A stretch of DNA of 64,000 bases from an uncultured bacterium (GCA_963749495.1 CAVVMW010000001.1:416001-480000); one strand, 5' to 3'. Positions 33,427 to 45,343 are shown, numbered from the stretch's first letter. Translations and numbers: made by a program. The notes: a model not told the origin generated them from the letters alone.

Positions 33427-33973
33427 GTGGGCACAATCTTGCATCGCCGACGTTTTCTGGCGGCTACCGTGGAAGCGGTCGCTGGAGTGCCCTTGACCGG
33501 CTGGGCCTCAGCCCTCCGGGCCGCGCCGCAGCCAACGAGCTCAGCGCTGCTCACTGGCGACGGAAGTGCCCGCGCTGCGAATCATCATCGACCATCTCGC
33601 GGGCGTCGTGGTGGACGGCAAAGCGCCCCCGGCTGACTGGGTGGGGCAGATGCGGGCGCTGGCGCGGAGGCCGAAGATTTATTTCAAAGTGTCGGGGCTG
33701 GTTGAGGGCGCCGGTCGGAGCGATGGAACAGCGCCGCGTGACGTGGGGTACTACCGCCCTGTGCTGGACGCGATGCGGGCGGTGTTCGGCCACGAACGAC
33801 TGATTTACGCCAGCAACTGGCCGGTGAGCGAGCGGTTCGCGCCGCTGGCTGCGGTCCAAGGAATTGTCGGAGACTATTTCCGCAGCCACGGACGCCGGGC
33901 CGAGGAACTGGTTTTCGCCCATAGCGCCAAGGCGGCCTACCGCTGGGTGCAGCGGGAGAAATCACAGCAATGA
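33427..33973 (+). pseudogene. Amidohydrolase_2 family gene with large internal deletion
   Basis: Tat signal RRRFL joined out of frame to the C-terminal half IIIDHLA...FKVSGL...RLIYASNWPV. Confidence 0.75.
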
Positions 33974-34103
33974 CACTGAATCCAACCTGAAACAGCTATG
34001 GCAACACCCAAAGGCACCCGTTCTCAAAGATTTCTGTCTGACGGCTGCGGCGGCGCAATTGAAACCGAAGGCGTAAACTGCTACGCCCCACGAGGTCATT
34101 CGC

Positions 34104-34484
34104 ATGACGATTCCTGAAATCCTCAAAGAACTGGAGCCTTACACCGGGCGCTTCCCCCAAAAGGCCATGCAGGCCGCCATCGAACAGCGCGAGGCCATAA
34201 CGCCGGAGTTGCTGCGCGTGGTGGAAGCCGTCGCCGAAAACCCGGTCAGATACGCAGAGCGGAGAGACAACATGCTGCATCTTTTCGCGATATACCTGCT
34301 GGCGCAGTTCCGCGAAAAGCGGGCCTATCCGCTGTTCATCAAAATCTTCAGCGCCCCTGGCGAGACGGCCTTCGACTTGGTGGGAGATACCGTGACCGAA
34401 CGGCTGGGCCGGATGATTGGCCGCAACGACCCATGCCCCTGTGGCAGCGGCAAGAAATACAAGAAGTGCTGTGGAAAAGGCTGA
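34104..34484 (+). pseudogene. DUF1186-like/SEC-C protein, apparently internally deleted
   Basis: [14 protein letters not shown]...[15 protein letters not shown]...[10 protein letters not shown] joined directly to [19 protein letters not shown]. Confidence 0.7.
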
Positions 34485-34544
34485 ACGGTGGAAACGGACA
34501 CCGACAACAAGGTCAGGCGGACAGCAACGGCCACGACATGAGCG

Positions 34545-34742
34545 CCATTCACGCTGATGGTCTGGCCGGTGATGTAGCCGTTGCTCGCCAGCATGACGAC
34601 CACATCGGCGACTTCTTCCACGGTCCCGAACCGGCCAACCAGAATCAGGTCGGGCCGGGCCTTCGGATTGCTGGTAATCATCTCGGTTTCGACCAGCGCC
34701 GGGGCAATCGCGTTTGCCGTGATGCCCTCTTTGGCCAGCAGA
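34545..34742 (-). pseudogene. C-terminal fragment of an SDR oxidoreductase
   Basis: LAKEGITANAIAPALVETEM...GRFGTVEEVA...YITGQTISVNG. Confidence 0.8.
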
Positions 34743-35031
34743 GCCGCAGCCGCGGTGACCGGCGACGTCGGCAACGCCTTGACGCTCGACCACGATGGCC
34801 TTCGGGCGTTGGTGTCCACGAACGCTGAGACGTTGCGCCTGATACGGCTCGGCCTGAGTCGCAGTTGTTCCGTGCCCACGGACTCGCCAGGCCCCCCGCG
34901 AATAGGCGCGCCGCCCAGCCCCGAATACCTGCCAATCCCGACTGAATTACGCACAAATTGTGCGGAAGAGCGCAAGCCTCGGACTTTATTTTGCACGAGC
35001 CCTTAGCGCAGCGCCGGAATTGGGCGAATGG

Positions 35032-35823
35032 TCAATTTGGCCGCTTCGAGGGCACTGTATAATTGGGGCTCCAGTAGTAGTTCCAAAGCAGATTGAGGCC
35101 GGCGAGCTCGACGTGGCCGTCGAATAAGACAAGGTTGATCGCGGAAGGCAAGGGGACTCCGGGCGCCACGTGTCGGGGCGCCTGCCCGGGGGCCGCGCTG
35201 CCGTGGCGGGCCACGTCGAAGCGCTCGATGCCGGCGACGTAATCCGGCCATGGTATCTGGTATAAGTTTCTGGCCGGGGCATCCGTGGCCGCGGGCCATG
35301 TGTCCACCCACATCGCGTCACCAAGGAGAGGCGTCTGGGCCGGGCGCTGGACGGCGGAGGCTTTAGTGAAACACTGGCCCGCGTTCACATAATCGTCGTA
35401 CATCCAGCCGTTAAGCCCATAGCTGCCGTTGCCGGTGAAGGAATTCAGTGTGGCCCCGGCCCAAATCCAAGTCCGATCCGCGGCGCCATAACCATTGTTA
35501 GCCATGCTATTGGTTATTGAAGCCAAAGGGCAAAGGCGGACCTGTGCCATCTGGGCACGATAGTTGATCAGGTCCTGCATCCAGAGCCCCGCAGTGTCTG
35601 CCCCGACCTCGTAGAGAGAATGGAAATCGTCAAAATACATAAAGCTGGTCAAACCCAGTTGCTTGAGGTTATTGGCGCAGCTCACACGGGCAGCCTTGAG
35701 CTTGGAGCGGCTCAGCGCGGGCAGCAGCATCGCCGCCAGGATGGCAATAATGGCGATCACCACCAGAAGTTCAATCAAGGTGAAACCACTCCGGCAATTC
35801 CTCCCCTTTTTCATAATGTTCAT
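35032..35823 (-). CDS. Prepilin-type N-terminal cleavage/methylation protein (second paralog)
   Basis: [43 protein letters not shown]. Confidence 0.92.
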   Translation of the reverse strand: MNIMKKGRNCRSGFTLIELLVVIAIIAILAAMLLPALSRSKLKAARVSCANNLKQLGLTSFMYFDDFHSLYEVGADTAGLWMQDLINYRAQMAQVRLCPLASITNSMANNGYGAADRTWIWAGATLNSFTGNGSYGLNGWMYDDYVNAGQCFTKASAVQRPAQTPLLGDAMWVDTWPAATDAPARNLYQIPWPDYVAGIERFDVARHGSAAPGQAPRHVAPGVPLPSAINLVLFDGHVELAGLNLLWNYYWSPNYTVPSKRPN

Positions 35824-36849
35824 AATTCGTGTTGCCGGGAGCGCATCGCCTTCAGCGCCCTGCCGGCACGTTCACAGCAATTTAGCATTTACCAGACATT
35901 CTCACTCAGAGCAGCACGCCCGGACAGCTTACACCCTCCGGGCCGTTGCGCGCTACCCGAAAACCGGCGGTCGGGAGTTGACCGCAGCGGGACCAGTGCC
36001 GGGCGCTGCTGCGGTGGGCGATGCGGCATTGGGCTGGTGACCCGAAGGCCCAACCTGGTCACGTATGTTCAACGCCTTTGTCACACCGGCTGCTGGCTGG
36101 CGACCGCCGCGCCCCACCCTCGCTCCTCAGCCGCTCGCTGTGGGCAGCATAGCCAAGCCCGAACTGAGGGATTGGGAAGACGCGGCGAGCGCGGAGGACT
36201 GGACCGAGGCCGTGCTCGGGTTTTTGCGCCAGCGCCGATGCGAGATCGTGCCCTTTTGGGAAGTCGTGAACCGCGTCCCTAGCGAGTCGTGCCAGGCAAC
36301 CGCGCTTACCAGCGGCTCCTGCGTCGCGGACTCTCTGAACTGCATGACCCGCGCCTCTCAGAATCCTCCATCCTGGCAGCAGACCTCGCCCAATTCCAAA
36401 ACGCTTTGGACGCTTACCTCGCCGAAAAGATCGCCGCTTGAAACCGTGATCAGTTTACAACCAGTTTTAAGATTCAAGGACTCGAGACAGAGGGTTAGCC
36501 CAAAACCTATCCCCTCGGCCCGGAGCCCTTTGGTTCACGGGCGTTCTAGTTGTCTAAACCTCAACCTGCGAGTGCACACTGAGTTGGATCGAGCTGCCGA
36601 AATATATTCCCGTAGCCGAAGGCTCTGCGGCCAAGGACGACCCACCCAGGATAATAAAAGTGAGTTTCGAGTTATTCAAAATGATTGACGACGAGACGGA
36701 GCGCGGCTACACTTATATAGCTAAGATGGAGTAATGCCCTTCCTGAGTATGCTCGTTTCGATTACAGTTCATTAGGCAGGTCCAGCACTTCGCTTTCTTG
36801 TGGACAATGCAGAGATTCTATAACCCGGGCCACATCCACGGCGATAATG

Positions 36850-37188
36850 TCATCGACTGTGAAGCATCATCCACAACACACCGAAGGACTGATTAAGTCC
36901 ACACCCAGCCCAGACCCATGTCAAGAGCTTCACCTTTCTGGCGACCCTACCGTTATCTTCGTTGAGTCGTTTAATGGTCTCTTGCAACTCGCCAATGACG
37001 CGCGCCATTTGGACATGATTGATGGCGAGCATACGGACAACCCCACGGTGCTGCACAGTGGGGTTTAATATCTCCAGATTGCAGAGAATAGAGATGAACT
37101 CAGCGTGCTGTTCAGGCGTCATCCTACACACGGCCTGCTCGCGGAAGGCGATGTTCATCCTTTCGAGTCGAGAATAAATATTTTCCAT
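36850..37188 (-). CDS. Hypothetical protein, low-GC island
   Basis: ORF with a coiled-coil-like segment and hydrophobic C-terminus; co-oriented with its neighbours. Confidence 0.5.
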   Translation of the reverse strand: MENIYSRLERMNIAFREQAVCRMTPEQHAEFISILCNLEILNPTVQHRGVVRMLAINHVQMARVIGELQETIKRLNEDNGRVARKVKLLTWVWAGCGLNQSFGVLWMMLHSR

Positions 37189-37229
37189 AAGTGTGCAATT
37201 ACAGTAAGGGCCGACAGTATCTGCAGGGT

Positions 37230-37781
37230 TCAAGCGTTATCAACTTCGAGCCAATAATACGGGTCGCCATAAGGAACAGCTTTAAGTTGCTTGCGAGTCG
37301 GTGGTCTTTGAGGTGAATCGTGATATATCGCCATGATGTTCTCTAGGTCTTTGCAAAATGATTCGGACGCCTCGTATCTTACAACATCATTGGCCCTCCT
37401 GTAATCCGCCGCCCTGTTTATCATTTTGTGATGCAGCCATGGCAAATAGTGTGCTACCGGGCGAATCATAAAGACTTTCGTAATCGCACCAAGCATTCCC
37501 GAAACCAGATACATCAATATCCCTCCCCACCAGCTATAGATAAAGCCAAGGATGATGGACGCGCAGAATATAATGGTTGTGATGAAGGGAATATTACTGA
37601 GCCATCCATCCATTAGTGCTGCCTGACTTATCCTCATAAGCGGCTTTGTAGCCTCGTTGTCTTGGGCGTCCGACGGGGCTAAAATCTTCGCAACCCACAT
37701 ACTCGTGTCAAATAAGCCATCACTGATAGGCTTTAGCAATGCGTATATAATTGCTATTCCTGTTGCTATAATAAGAAACAT
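37230..37781 (-). CDS. Hypothetical membrane protein, low-GC island
   Basis: 183-aa ORF with three hydrophobic segments. Confidence 0.7.
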   Translation of the reverse strand: MFLIIATGIAIIYALLKPISDGLFDTSMWVAKILAPSDAQDNEATKPLMRISQAALMDGWLSNIPFITTIIFCASIILGFIYSWWGGILMYLVSGMLGAITKVFMIRPVAHYLPWLHHKMINRAADYRRANDVVRYEASESFCKDLENIMAIYHDSPQRPPTRKQLKAVPYGDPYYWLEVDNA

Positions 37782-37815
37782 GTGTGTTAAGTGGCGTTGT
37801 GTGGCGTATTATACC

Positions 37816-38298
37816 TCAACGTGAGGGAGCCAACTTGATAGACCTGAAATCCTTGAAGTATAGGTTTAGGACAGCGTAAAACTCAGCATACAGTTGCCCG
37901 ATCGCCGCTTGCTCTAATTTACCTCCGGTCAACACAGTGGAGAAATGTGCAATCATCTGAGCAACCCCGTCTACACCAGAGGACGCAAATGCTTGACTAT
38001 AGCCGTGTGAAATCTCGTTAATGTTGGAACGCTTGGCCTCCTTCAGATACGTCGTGACGAAGAGTTGAGCGTTCAAAGATGTGTCCATGCTGCAACTCTT
38101 AGCCACCGCAACCAACAGGAGATTAATGAAAACTGCTCTGAGGTGATCGTAATAGAGCTGAGCTGGGACGCCACTCAATGCTGTATTATTGCACACTCGT
38201 CTAATATCTTCCCAGGTTGCCTCATGCTCTGTGGAAAGAAGCGGTGTCAGGTTCTTCGTGCAATAATCCTCAACCGAAACCTTTTTCTTAAAGAACAT
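37816..38298 (-). CDS. Hypothetical protein, low-GC island
   Basis: 160-aa ORF starting MFFKKK. Confidence 0.7.
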   Translation of the reverse strand: MFFKKKVSVEDYCTKNLTPLLSTEHEATWEDIRRVCNNTALSGVPAQLYYDHLRAVFINLLLVAVAKSCSMDTSLNAQLFVTTYLKEAKRSNINEISHGYSQAFASSGVDGVAQMIAHFSTVLTGGKLEQAAIGQLYAEFYAVLNLYFKDFRSIKLAPSR

Positions 38299-38344
38299 AA
38301 TGTTGTGGCGGTGCTCGCTCGATATAGTTGGTCGGCCATATCCA

Positions 38345-39028
38345 TCAATTGGCTGCCTTTAGGAACCTGGCCTTGAAGGACAGAATAATCTCGCTCGGCT
38401 TCAGCTTGCTGGTGAGCTTTGAGTGAAAGTCATCTTCGTTTGTCAACGTGAAGTCGTTCAGCTCTATGTGACTGTAGTCATACCATACTTTGTTCAATCG
38501 TGCAGCTTTCTTCCTACTGAGTAACGGTAGCAACTCAAGCACAGCGATGTGAATCTCCTCCTTGGTGCTGCGGTACCACTTCGATAACTCTTCGGGATAT
38601 GAATAATCCGCCGTTCCGAACGTTCTCGAAATGAGCACACGAAAGGCATTCTTGGCGCTTCGCTTTCGGTTAACGTTCGCGGTCCAAATGCCAATTAACC
38701 CGGCGATGAGACCACCCAGAATTGTGAAAACGAACTGCTCAAGGAATTGTGGAACGGTAGTATGCCCTTTGCTCAAGTCAGCAGTGGTGGCATCTATCTT
38801 CTGCGCTGCGATGGTATTTGCGGGTCCAGAAAGGGGCGGTGGGTTGGTGGGCTGGGCAATAATGCCTAGTTGCGAACTCATTGCCAAGATGATAGCCAAG
38901 TGCCCCAGCCGACATGTAACCTTCTTGATGGCATTCATCAGGTGGCAGAATTTGAACACAGGAGCCGTTCCAGCGTCAACATACGGTTGGCTCTTGTCCT
39001 TGCCGAGCAGTCTGCCAAGCAGGCCCAT
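38345..39028 (-). CDS. Hypothetical membrane protein, low-GC island (start uncertain)
   Basis: TM segment FVFTILGGLIAGLIGIW followed by a helical domain. Confidence 0.6.
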   Translation of the reverse strand: MGLLGRLLGKDKSQPYVDAGTAPVFKFCHLMNAIKKVTCRLGHLAIILAMSSQLGIIAQPTNPPPLSGPANTIAAQKIDATTADLSKGHTTVPQFLEQFVFTILGGLIAGLIGIWTANVNRKRSAKNAFRVLISRTFGTADYSYPEELSKWYRSTKEEIHIAVLELLPLLSRKKAARLNKVWYDYSHIELNDFTLTNEDDFHSKLTSKLKPSEIILSFKARFLKAAN

Positions 39029-39589
39029 ACGAGGGCATTGAACGCCCAGAAGGCCCGGTTGGCAAGAGGTAATTCAGAGCCCGCCATTCGCACCGCCCCG
39101 CTATCGAACTCTTGCCCTCAGATCCTCAATCCCATTCACCCCTGGCTCCAGATGAGCTTCTCCTGCTGTCCGTCTGCCCCGGCCCCGGTCCTTTTGACCA
39201 GCCAGAGGTCGAGGCCCAGGTAAATGCAGGGCGGCGGCAGTGGGGATTGAGAGGACGGAGACGAGCCGGAACCTGGTTTAATGGCCTGGTGGTGAAGCGT
39301 GGAAGGGCTCAGGAAGGGTTTTGCCGTCTGGGCGGCATGGATTGCAGGCTTGGAGACCGGCGACGGCGGGCAGGGCAACCCAGGTCCAAGAGCAGTGGCG
39401 GTTGAGAGGAAGGAGCCAGCGCGGGGCGGGAACCTGGTGCTCGGATGAACTGAAACCACGACTCATCCTCGCTCTCCTGGCTGCCAGTTCCATGCACCGA
39501 CACCAGTCGAAAACGCGACCCTCCATTCTTAGTTTTATTCTTAGTTTCGACTTTTTCCTATGGAAACAAAAGTCCGTTGGATCGGTGCG

Positions 39590-41374
39590 TCAGGCGGCTT
39601 TCTGAAATAGGCGGCAGATGGCCTCGGGGAAGGCGGGGAGTGCGATCAGTTGCCGGATTTGCGGAGGTACTTTCTCCAAGGAGCCTTGAACCGCCCGCAG
39701 TTCTTCGCGAACGGTTTGAGCGTCGATCTGGGCAAAGCGTTCTTCGAGGGTAGCCTGGCCGTTGAGCAGGATTTTGAGGCAGCCAGGATTTTCCAGATTT
39801 CGGACCAATGGGGTGTCGGCGATCATGCTTTGGAGCAAGCGGCTGATCGAGTTGTGCCCGCTTCTGCGGCGAGCTCCTCGCCGAAAATCGCGGAAGAACC
39901 GCTCCATAAGGTTGTTGGTGCGCTGGGGTTGGAGGCGCCGTGTTCCGCTGGGGGTCCTCACCGTGATCGGATCGGCAAAGAGCTTGTCTTTATACTTGTC
40001 GATCTGCCCGATGAGGGCCTGCCAGTGGGGGGTGGAAGGGTAATCGGCACGGGAGGTAATCTCCTGGTGGAAGTGCTCGACCGCCTTTTCAATCGGGCCC
40101 ATAGCCATCGGGCGGCTGCCAGAGTTGAGACCAGCGGCTCCGCCGGCTTCGGCAATACGCATCGCGCTACGCAGTCGGTCGAACACCGCGATCTTGAGGT
40201 CGATGGCGGTGAGCATTCTTTGCAGGCCCTCATCGGCGTAGATTCCTTTGAGTTCACAGGACAGCTTGAATAGCGGTTTGTTGTCCGCCCATTGGCCGCG
40301 GAGGTGAACGTCCTTGATTTGTTCCAAGCCCTGCCCCAGAGCCCGCAGGCGCTTGGCAAACTGCACGTGAGGCCGATCAAAGGGGAACCCGTAGCCCTGG
40401 CCGTCGGTTTTACCCTCCAGTGCCCACTGGATCAGAGCGTAGGCACAGAGCAGCGGAAAGACCTCCAGCTTCTCGCTCGGCAGACAGTGGCCCTGCACAT
40501 CCTGACAGAAGCTCTCGACCAAGCCGGGCTGCTCATCGATGGCAGCTTTGAACCGGCGAGCGTAATAGAGCAGCTTTTCGGTCAGGCCATGCTTGCGCAG
40601 GCGCTGCCGGATAGCGTCATAGTCGGCCTCCAGGAGATCCTTGCCGGCATCGCGCAGAAAATGAAAATGACAGACAAAGTCCGGCACGCCGGGAAACACC
40701 CTCTGGACTGCCGCCAGGATGCCGTGGCCCATGTCATGGACGGCCGCCACCGGCACCCCAAAGCGGCGCTTGATCTCCTGCAGGAACGGGACAATCTGCT
40801 CGGTCTTTTCCGAGGGCACCTTCACATTGCCCAGCACGATTTCCGAGAGCGAATCCAGGCTGCTCATCAACATCGGCCCGCCCCCTTCACCGGTGCCATC
40901 CAGATGGAGAATGTAACCGCCTTGGGCGCGCATGGCTTGCTTGAGGGGTGGCGCCGACTGCCGGTGCGCCAGGGCGAGGTAAACGACGAACTTTCTTCCC
41001 AGATAGCCGACTTCACTGGGACTGAGCCGAACCTGGTGCGCTTGCAATTCCTCGATGATTTGCTCGGCCCGGCGCTGGTGCAAGAAAAGCGCCTGGCCGA
41101 CGAAGACCAGCACATCGTACCCAAAGGTGCAGCCCGAGGGCACCAGTTGACTGAGAGACTCGGCGCCATAGAGGGTGTCGTTGGGGCAGTGCTCGCAGTG
41201 CAGGAGGGTTTCGTGCGCGCTAAAGCAGCCCAGCGGCAGGGTCTGAACCCTTCGGCGCTGGGTTTTGTAAACCTGGAGCGGCGCCCGACAGTCGGGGCAA
41301 TCGGTTTGGGCGGGCCGAAAGGGCACGGTAGGCCGTTGCGCGAACAGACAGGCCGGGGAACTCTCTCTCGCCAA
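39590..41374 (-). CDS. DDE transposase (Mutator/IS256/ISL3-like CxxH type) with Zn-ribbon
   Basis: CPDC...CEHC; LHLDGT; VHDMG; CHFHFLRD; RTNNLMERFFR. Confidence 0.88.
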   Translation of the reverse strand: MARESSPACLFAQRPTVPFRPAQTDCPDCRAPLQVYKTQRRRVQTLPLGCFSAHETLLHCEHCPNDTLYGAESLSQLVPSGCTFGYDVLVFVGQALFLHQRRAEQIIEELQAHQVRLSPSEVGYLGRKFVVYLALAHRQSAPPLKQAMRAQGGYILHLDGTGEGGGPMLMSSLDSLSEIVLGNVKVPSEKTEQIVPFLQEIKRRFGVPVAAVHDMGHGILAAVQRVFPGVPDFVCHFHFLRDAGKDLLEADYDAIRQRLRKHGLTEKLLYYARRFKAAIDEQPGLVESFCQDVQGHCLPSEKLEVFPLLCAYALIQWALEGKTDGQGYGFPFDRPHVQFAKRLRALGQGLEQIKDVHLRGQWADNKPLFKLSCELKGIYADEGLQRMLTAIDLKIAVFDRLRSAMRIAEAGGAAGLNSGSRPMAMGPIEKAVEHFHQEITSRADYPSTPHWQALIGQIDKYKDKLFADPITVRTPSGTRRLQPQRTNNLMERFFRDFRRGARRRSGHNSISRLLQSMIADTPLVRNLENPGCLKILLNGQATLEERFAQIDAQTVREELRAVQGSLEKVPPQIRQLIALPAFPEAICRLFQKAA

Positions 41375-41409
41375 CTTCTCCTGGTAACTCCGGAAGGTGG
41401 CCAGCGTAT

Positions 41410-42078
41410 TCAGTTGGGTGCCTGGGGCGTTTTTTTTAGACCGTGTTCCTGGAAGAAGCGCTGGATGCTCTCGGGAGCCACGGCGAGGTTACGTTGCTCT
41501 CGGAGCCGGGTGGCGATCTGCTCGAAGCTCAGTGCGGGCTCCTTGATGTATTCCACCAAGACCCAGAGGGTGGTTTGCGTGCTCAGCGCGGCCGTGGGGC
41601 TGGTGGCTTGCGCGAAGGCGGCTTGCTCGCGCTGCTGGCGATTGAGGTGCGGGTCGGCCGCCAGGTAGCGAAACTGGCCTGAGAGCCGGAGACGATCCAA
41701 TCGGCCCGCCTTGTGCAGTTGGCTCAAAACGGCGTGACAGGGGTGTTGCAACTTCCCGGTCAGTTCGCTGGCGGACAGTCCGGCGGGGCTGCCTCCGACC
41801 AGGTGATCAATGGTGGCGGTGAGACTGCCGTGTTTGGAAAAGCCGATCCCTCTGTAGTGCCACAGGCCATCTCGGTCAAAGTCTGGGGAATCGCGCAGAG
41901 TGTACCACTTGCCGTTCTGGGTGTAACTCCTGAAGTAGCCGACCTGCTTGAGGAAGCGGCGCACCGAGATCAGGGCGTAGCCGAGAGCCTCGGCGAGTTG
42001 GTCGAGCATCCAGCACTTGCGGCGGTGGAACAATTTTTCCAGGCGCTCGGTCGCGGGCCGTGGAGGCGTCATAGGCAA
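41410..42078 (-). CDS. IS accessory ORF (HTH-like), probable N-terminal part of a frameshift fusion
   Basis: MLDQLAEALGYALISVRRFLK...SYTQNGKWYTL; ends GLKKT on an A8 run. Confidence 0.8.
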   Translation of the reverse strand: MPMTPPRPATERLEKLFHRRKCWMLDQLAEALGYALISVRRFLKQVGYFRSYTQNGKWYTLRDSPDFDRDGLWHYRGIGFSKHGSLTATIDHLVGGSPAGLSASELTGKLQHPCHAVLSQLHKAGRLDRLRLSGQFRYLAADPHLNRQQREQAAFAQATSPTAALSTQTTLWVLVEYIKEPALSFEQIATRLREQRNLAVAPESIQRFFQEHGLKKTPQAPN

Positions 42079-42114
42079 ATGATATAGTGTTAAACTATCC
42101 GTCAGATATTTAAT

Positions 42115-42142
42115 ACTGTATCATGGGCTGGGGGCTTGTCAA
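42115..42142 (-). promoter_or_regulatory. Putative sigma70 promoter of the IS
   Basis: TTGACA-16 nt-TACAGT with an extended -10 TG, upstream of ORF1. Confidence 0.5.
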
Positions 42143-42334
42143 CGCCTTGGCTCGCTCGGCCCGTCCAACGCAGCGCACCGCTTAAGCCACGCCGGGAGAA
42201 GGGCTTACGACTACCAGACCTTCAAAGCTGAAAAACCAGATAGGGCCACCGATGGGACAAAATGATCGAGTATGAAAGTCTGCGGTCGCTGTAAGTGCCT
42301 GCCCACCAACGACGCAACCGAGCTTTGCGATCAT

Positions 42335-42710
42335 AGGATCAACCACTATCGTATGGAGGTTATGGCTGATGGTCGTCCCCTCGCGCCGGTATATTTCTCC
42401 CATTTGCGCGGCCAACCCGCTGATCTGGCGCTCGTCGCCCGTGAGGAAACTCCAATGCCGCGGATCGTAGCGGGCAGCCAGGGCGTAAGTCTTCAGGCGT
42501 TGCGGGGTATCGTTGGCGGGATCGAAGGAAATGGAGAGCAATTGCCAGCCGAATGCGGCGTTGGTCACGTGGCGCAGTTTCTCCGCAGCCATGGCGAAGT
42601 TGCTGGTCATTCGTGGACAGAAATCCGGGTAGGGACAGCTTGTGAAGAAAAAGGTGAGCGCCACCACATGGCCTTTGAATTGGCTCAGCCGGACGGGCGC
42701 GCCCAGCTCA
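42335..42710 (-). pseudogene. SCO1/SenC family fragment
   Basis: LTFFFTSCPYPDFCP, SISFDPANDTP, WSFLTG, HNLHTIVVDP; truncated at both ends. Confidence 0.8.
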
Positions 42711-42896
42711 GTTGCTGATGCCGTGCGATTTGCACGCGCGTGCCGACCACGCTCCCAGGGCGGGTCGAGGCCGCGCTTTTCTTGTCGATGCGCCGGATTT
42801 CGGCGAGCTTTCGCCCGGCCCAAACCCACCGATAGACTGCTGTTCGAGGCCTCTTGATGAGGGGACGGCTATCGATAAGGTCTCACCAGATACGCA

Positions 42897-43934
<1,038 letters not shown>

Positions 43935-43978
43935 GCCGTGGGGGCGTAGCAGGGTTTAGGGGATGGGTCATGAAGACC

Positions 43979-45028
43979 TCAGGCCTGGGACAAGGCGGGG
44001 GAGGCGGCGGGTTCGAGGCCGGAGAGGCGCTCGTTGGCGCGGGCGATCTCGCGGGCGATGGTCTGGTTGACCTGGAGGTGGATGTTTTCGGTGGCGACAC
44101 GGATGGCGCCGGCGATGGCGCGTTCGCGGGCGGAGCCGTGGGCCTTCATGACGGCGCCGTTGAACCCGAGCAAGGGGGCGCCGCCGGAGCCTTCGGGGTC
44201 CATGCGGCGGCGCAGGGCGCGGAAGGCGTTTTTGGCCAGCAGCGCCCCCAGCTTGCGGCGGGGGTTGGCGGTCAACTCGCGTTTGAGCAGCGAGAACATG
44301 GCAAAGGCCAGGCTCTCGCAGGTCTTGAGGACGATGTTGCCGACAAAGCCGTCGCAGACGACCACATCGACGTGGTCTTTGAAGAGGTCATGGCCTTCGA
44401 CGTTGCCGATGAAATTGAGGTCGAGTTGTTTGCAGAGTCGGAAGGCCTCCAGGGTGAGTTCGTTGCCCTTGGAGTCTTCGGTCCCGACGCTGAGGATGCC
44501 GACGCGGGGATGGGGGCGATGGAGGATCTCGCGGGAGTAGATGCTCCCCATCACGGCGTAGTGGGCCAGGTGCAGGGGTTTGGACTCGATATTGGCGCCC
44601 GAATCCAGGAGCACGAATTCACCCTCGGCCCGGGGAATAATGGTCGCGATGCCGCCGCGGTCCACGCCCGGGATGCGGCCCAGCCTGAAGGTGGCGGCGG
44701 CAAAGATGCCCCCGGTGTTGCCCGGCGAAACCACGGCGTCGGCCTGCCCCCCCCGCACCAGTTCCACCGCCCGGACAATCGAGCAGTCCTTCTTCCTGCG
44801 CACGGCCAAGGCGGGCTTGTCGTCCATGGCGAGGACTTCGCTGGCATGGATGACGCGGACGCGGTGGTCGCGGAAGCCGCGCCGGGGCAGGGCGGCGTGG
44901 ATGTCCGAGCGGTTGCCCACCAGGAAGAGGGCGGTGATCCCTTTGTCGAGTTCCAGCGCCCTTCTGGCGCCTTCGATGACGACGCCGCACCCGTGGTCAC
45001 CCCCCATGACATCTACTGCTATGCGCAT
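43979..45028 (-). CDS. plsX: Phosphate acyltransferase PlsX
   Basis: IAVDVMGGD, GNTG, FIGNVEG, VCDGFVGN, GAPLLG, KAHGS. Confidence 0.97.
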   Translation of the reverse strand: MRIAVDVMGGDHGCGVVIEGARRALELDKGITALFLVGNRSDIHAALPRRGFRDHRVRVIHASEVLAMDDKPALAVRRKKDCSIVRAVELVRGGQADAVVSPGNTGGIFAAATFRLGRIPGVDRGGIATIIPRAEGEFVLLDSGANIESKPLHLAHYAVMGSIYSREILHRPHPRVGILSVGTEDSKGNELTLEAFRLCKQLDLNFIGNVEGHDLFKDHVDVVVCDGFVGNIVLKTCESLAFAMFSLLKRELTANPRRKLGALLAKNAFRALRRRMDPEGSGGAPLLGFNGAVMKAHGSARERAIAGAIRVATENIHLQVNQTIAREIARANERLSGLEPAASPALSQA

Positions 45029-45082
45029 AAGATGGCCAGGACGCCGGAGGTGGTGGTCAGCAGTCTGCTCGCCGGCAACGGC

Positions 45083-45271
45083 TCAGGCGCCAACCTTGAC
45101 AGTGATCACCTGGCGCCCTTTGTAATAGCCGCAGGCGGGACAGACACGGTGAGGCACGTAAGGCTCTCCGCATTGGGGGCAAGTGCTGAGTTGAGGCAGA
45201 GTCAGCGCGCTATTGTAGGCGCGGCGCATCCGCTGCCGGCTGTGCGATGGTTTACGCTTTGGGACACCCAT
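45083..45271 (-). CDS. rpmF: 50S ribosomal protein L32
   Basis: MGVPKRKPSHSR...CPQC...HRVCPACGYYKG. Confidence 0.97.
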   Translation of the reverse strand: MGVPKRKPSHSRQRMRRAYNSALTLPQLSTCPQCGEPYVPHRVCPACGYYKGRQVITVKVGA

Positions 45272-45343
45272 AAGTGGTCACGATCTGTTAGTATGTCGAT
45301 GTTAAGACTGTTTGCTGCAAACACCCCGAAATTCAACGCCAAA

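Larger units (their letters stand above)
39517..42340 (-). mobile_element. Two-ORF insertion sequence of about 2.8 kb; ends approximate
   Basis: Transposase plus an upstream accessory ORF. Short imperfect ends GACCCT.../...AGGATC. Abuts a truncated SCO gene. Confidence 0.7.

Noticed and set aside
36850..39028. Integron cassette array
   Set aside because: No attC-like palindromes between the ORFs and no integrase.
39400..39526. Continuation of the SCO gene (EGRV...) on the far side of the IS
   Set aside because: Similarity does not extend beyond four residues and may be part of the IS end.
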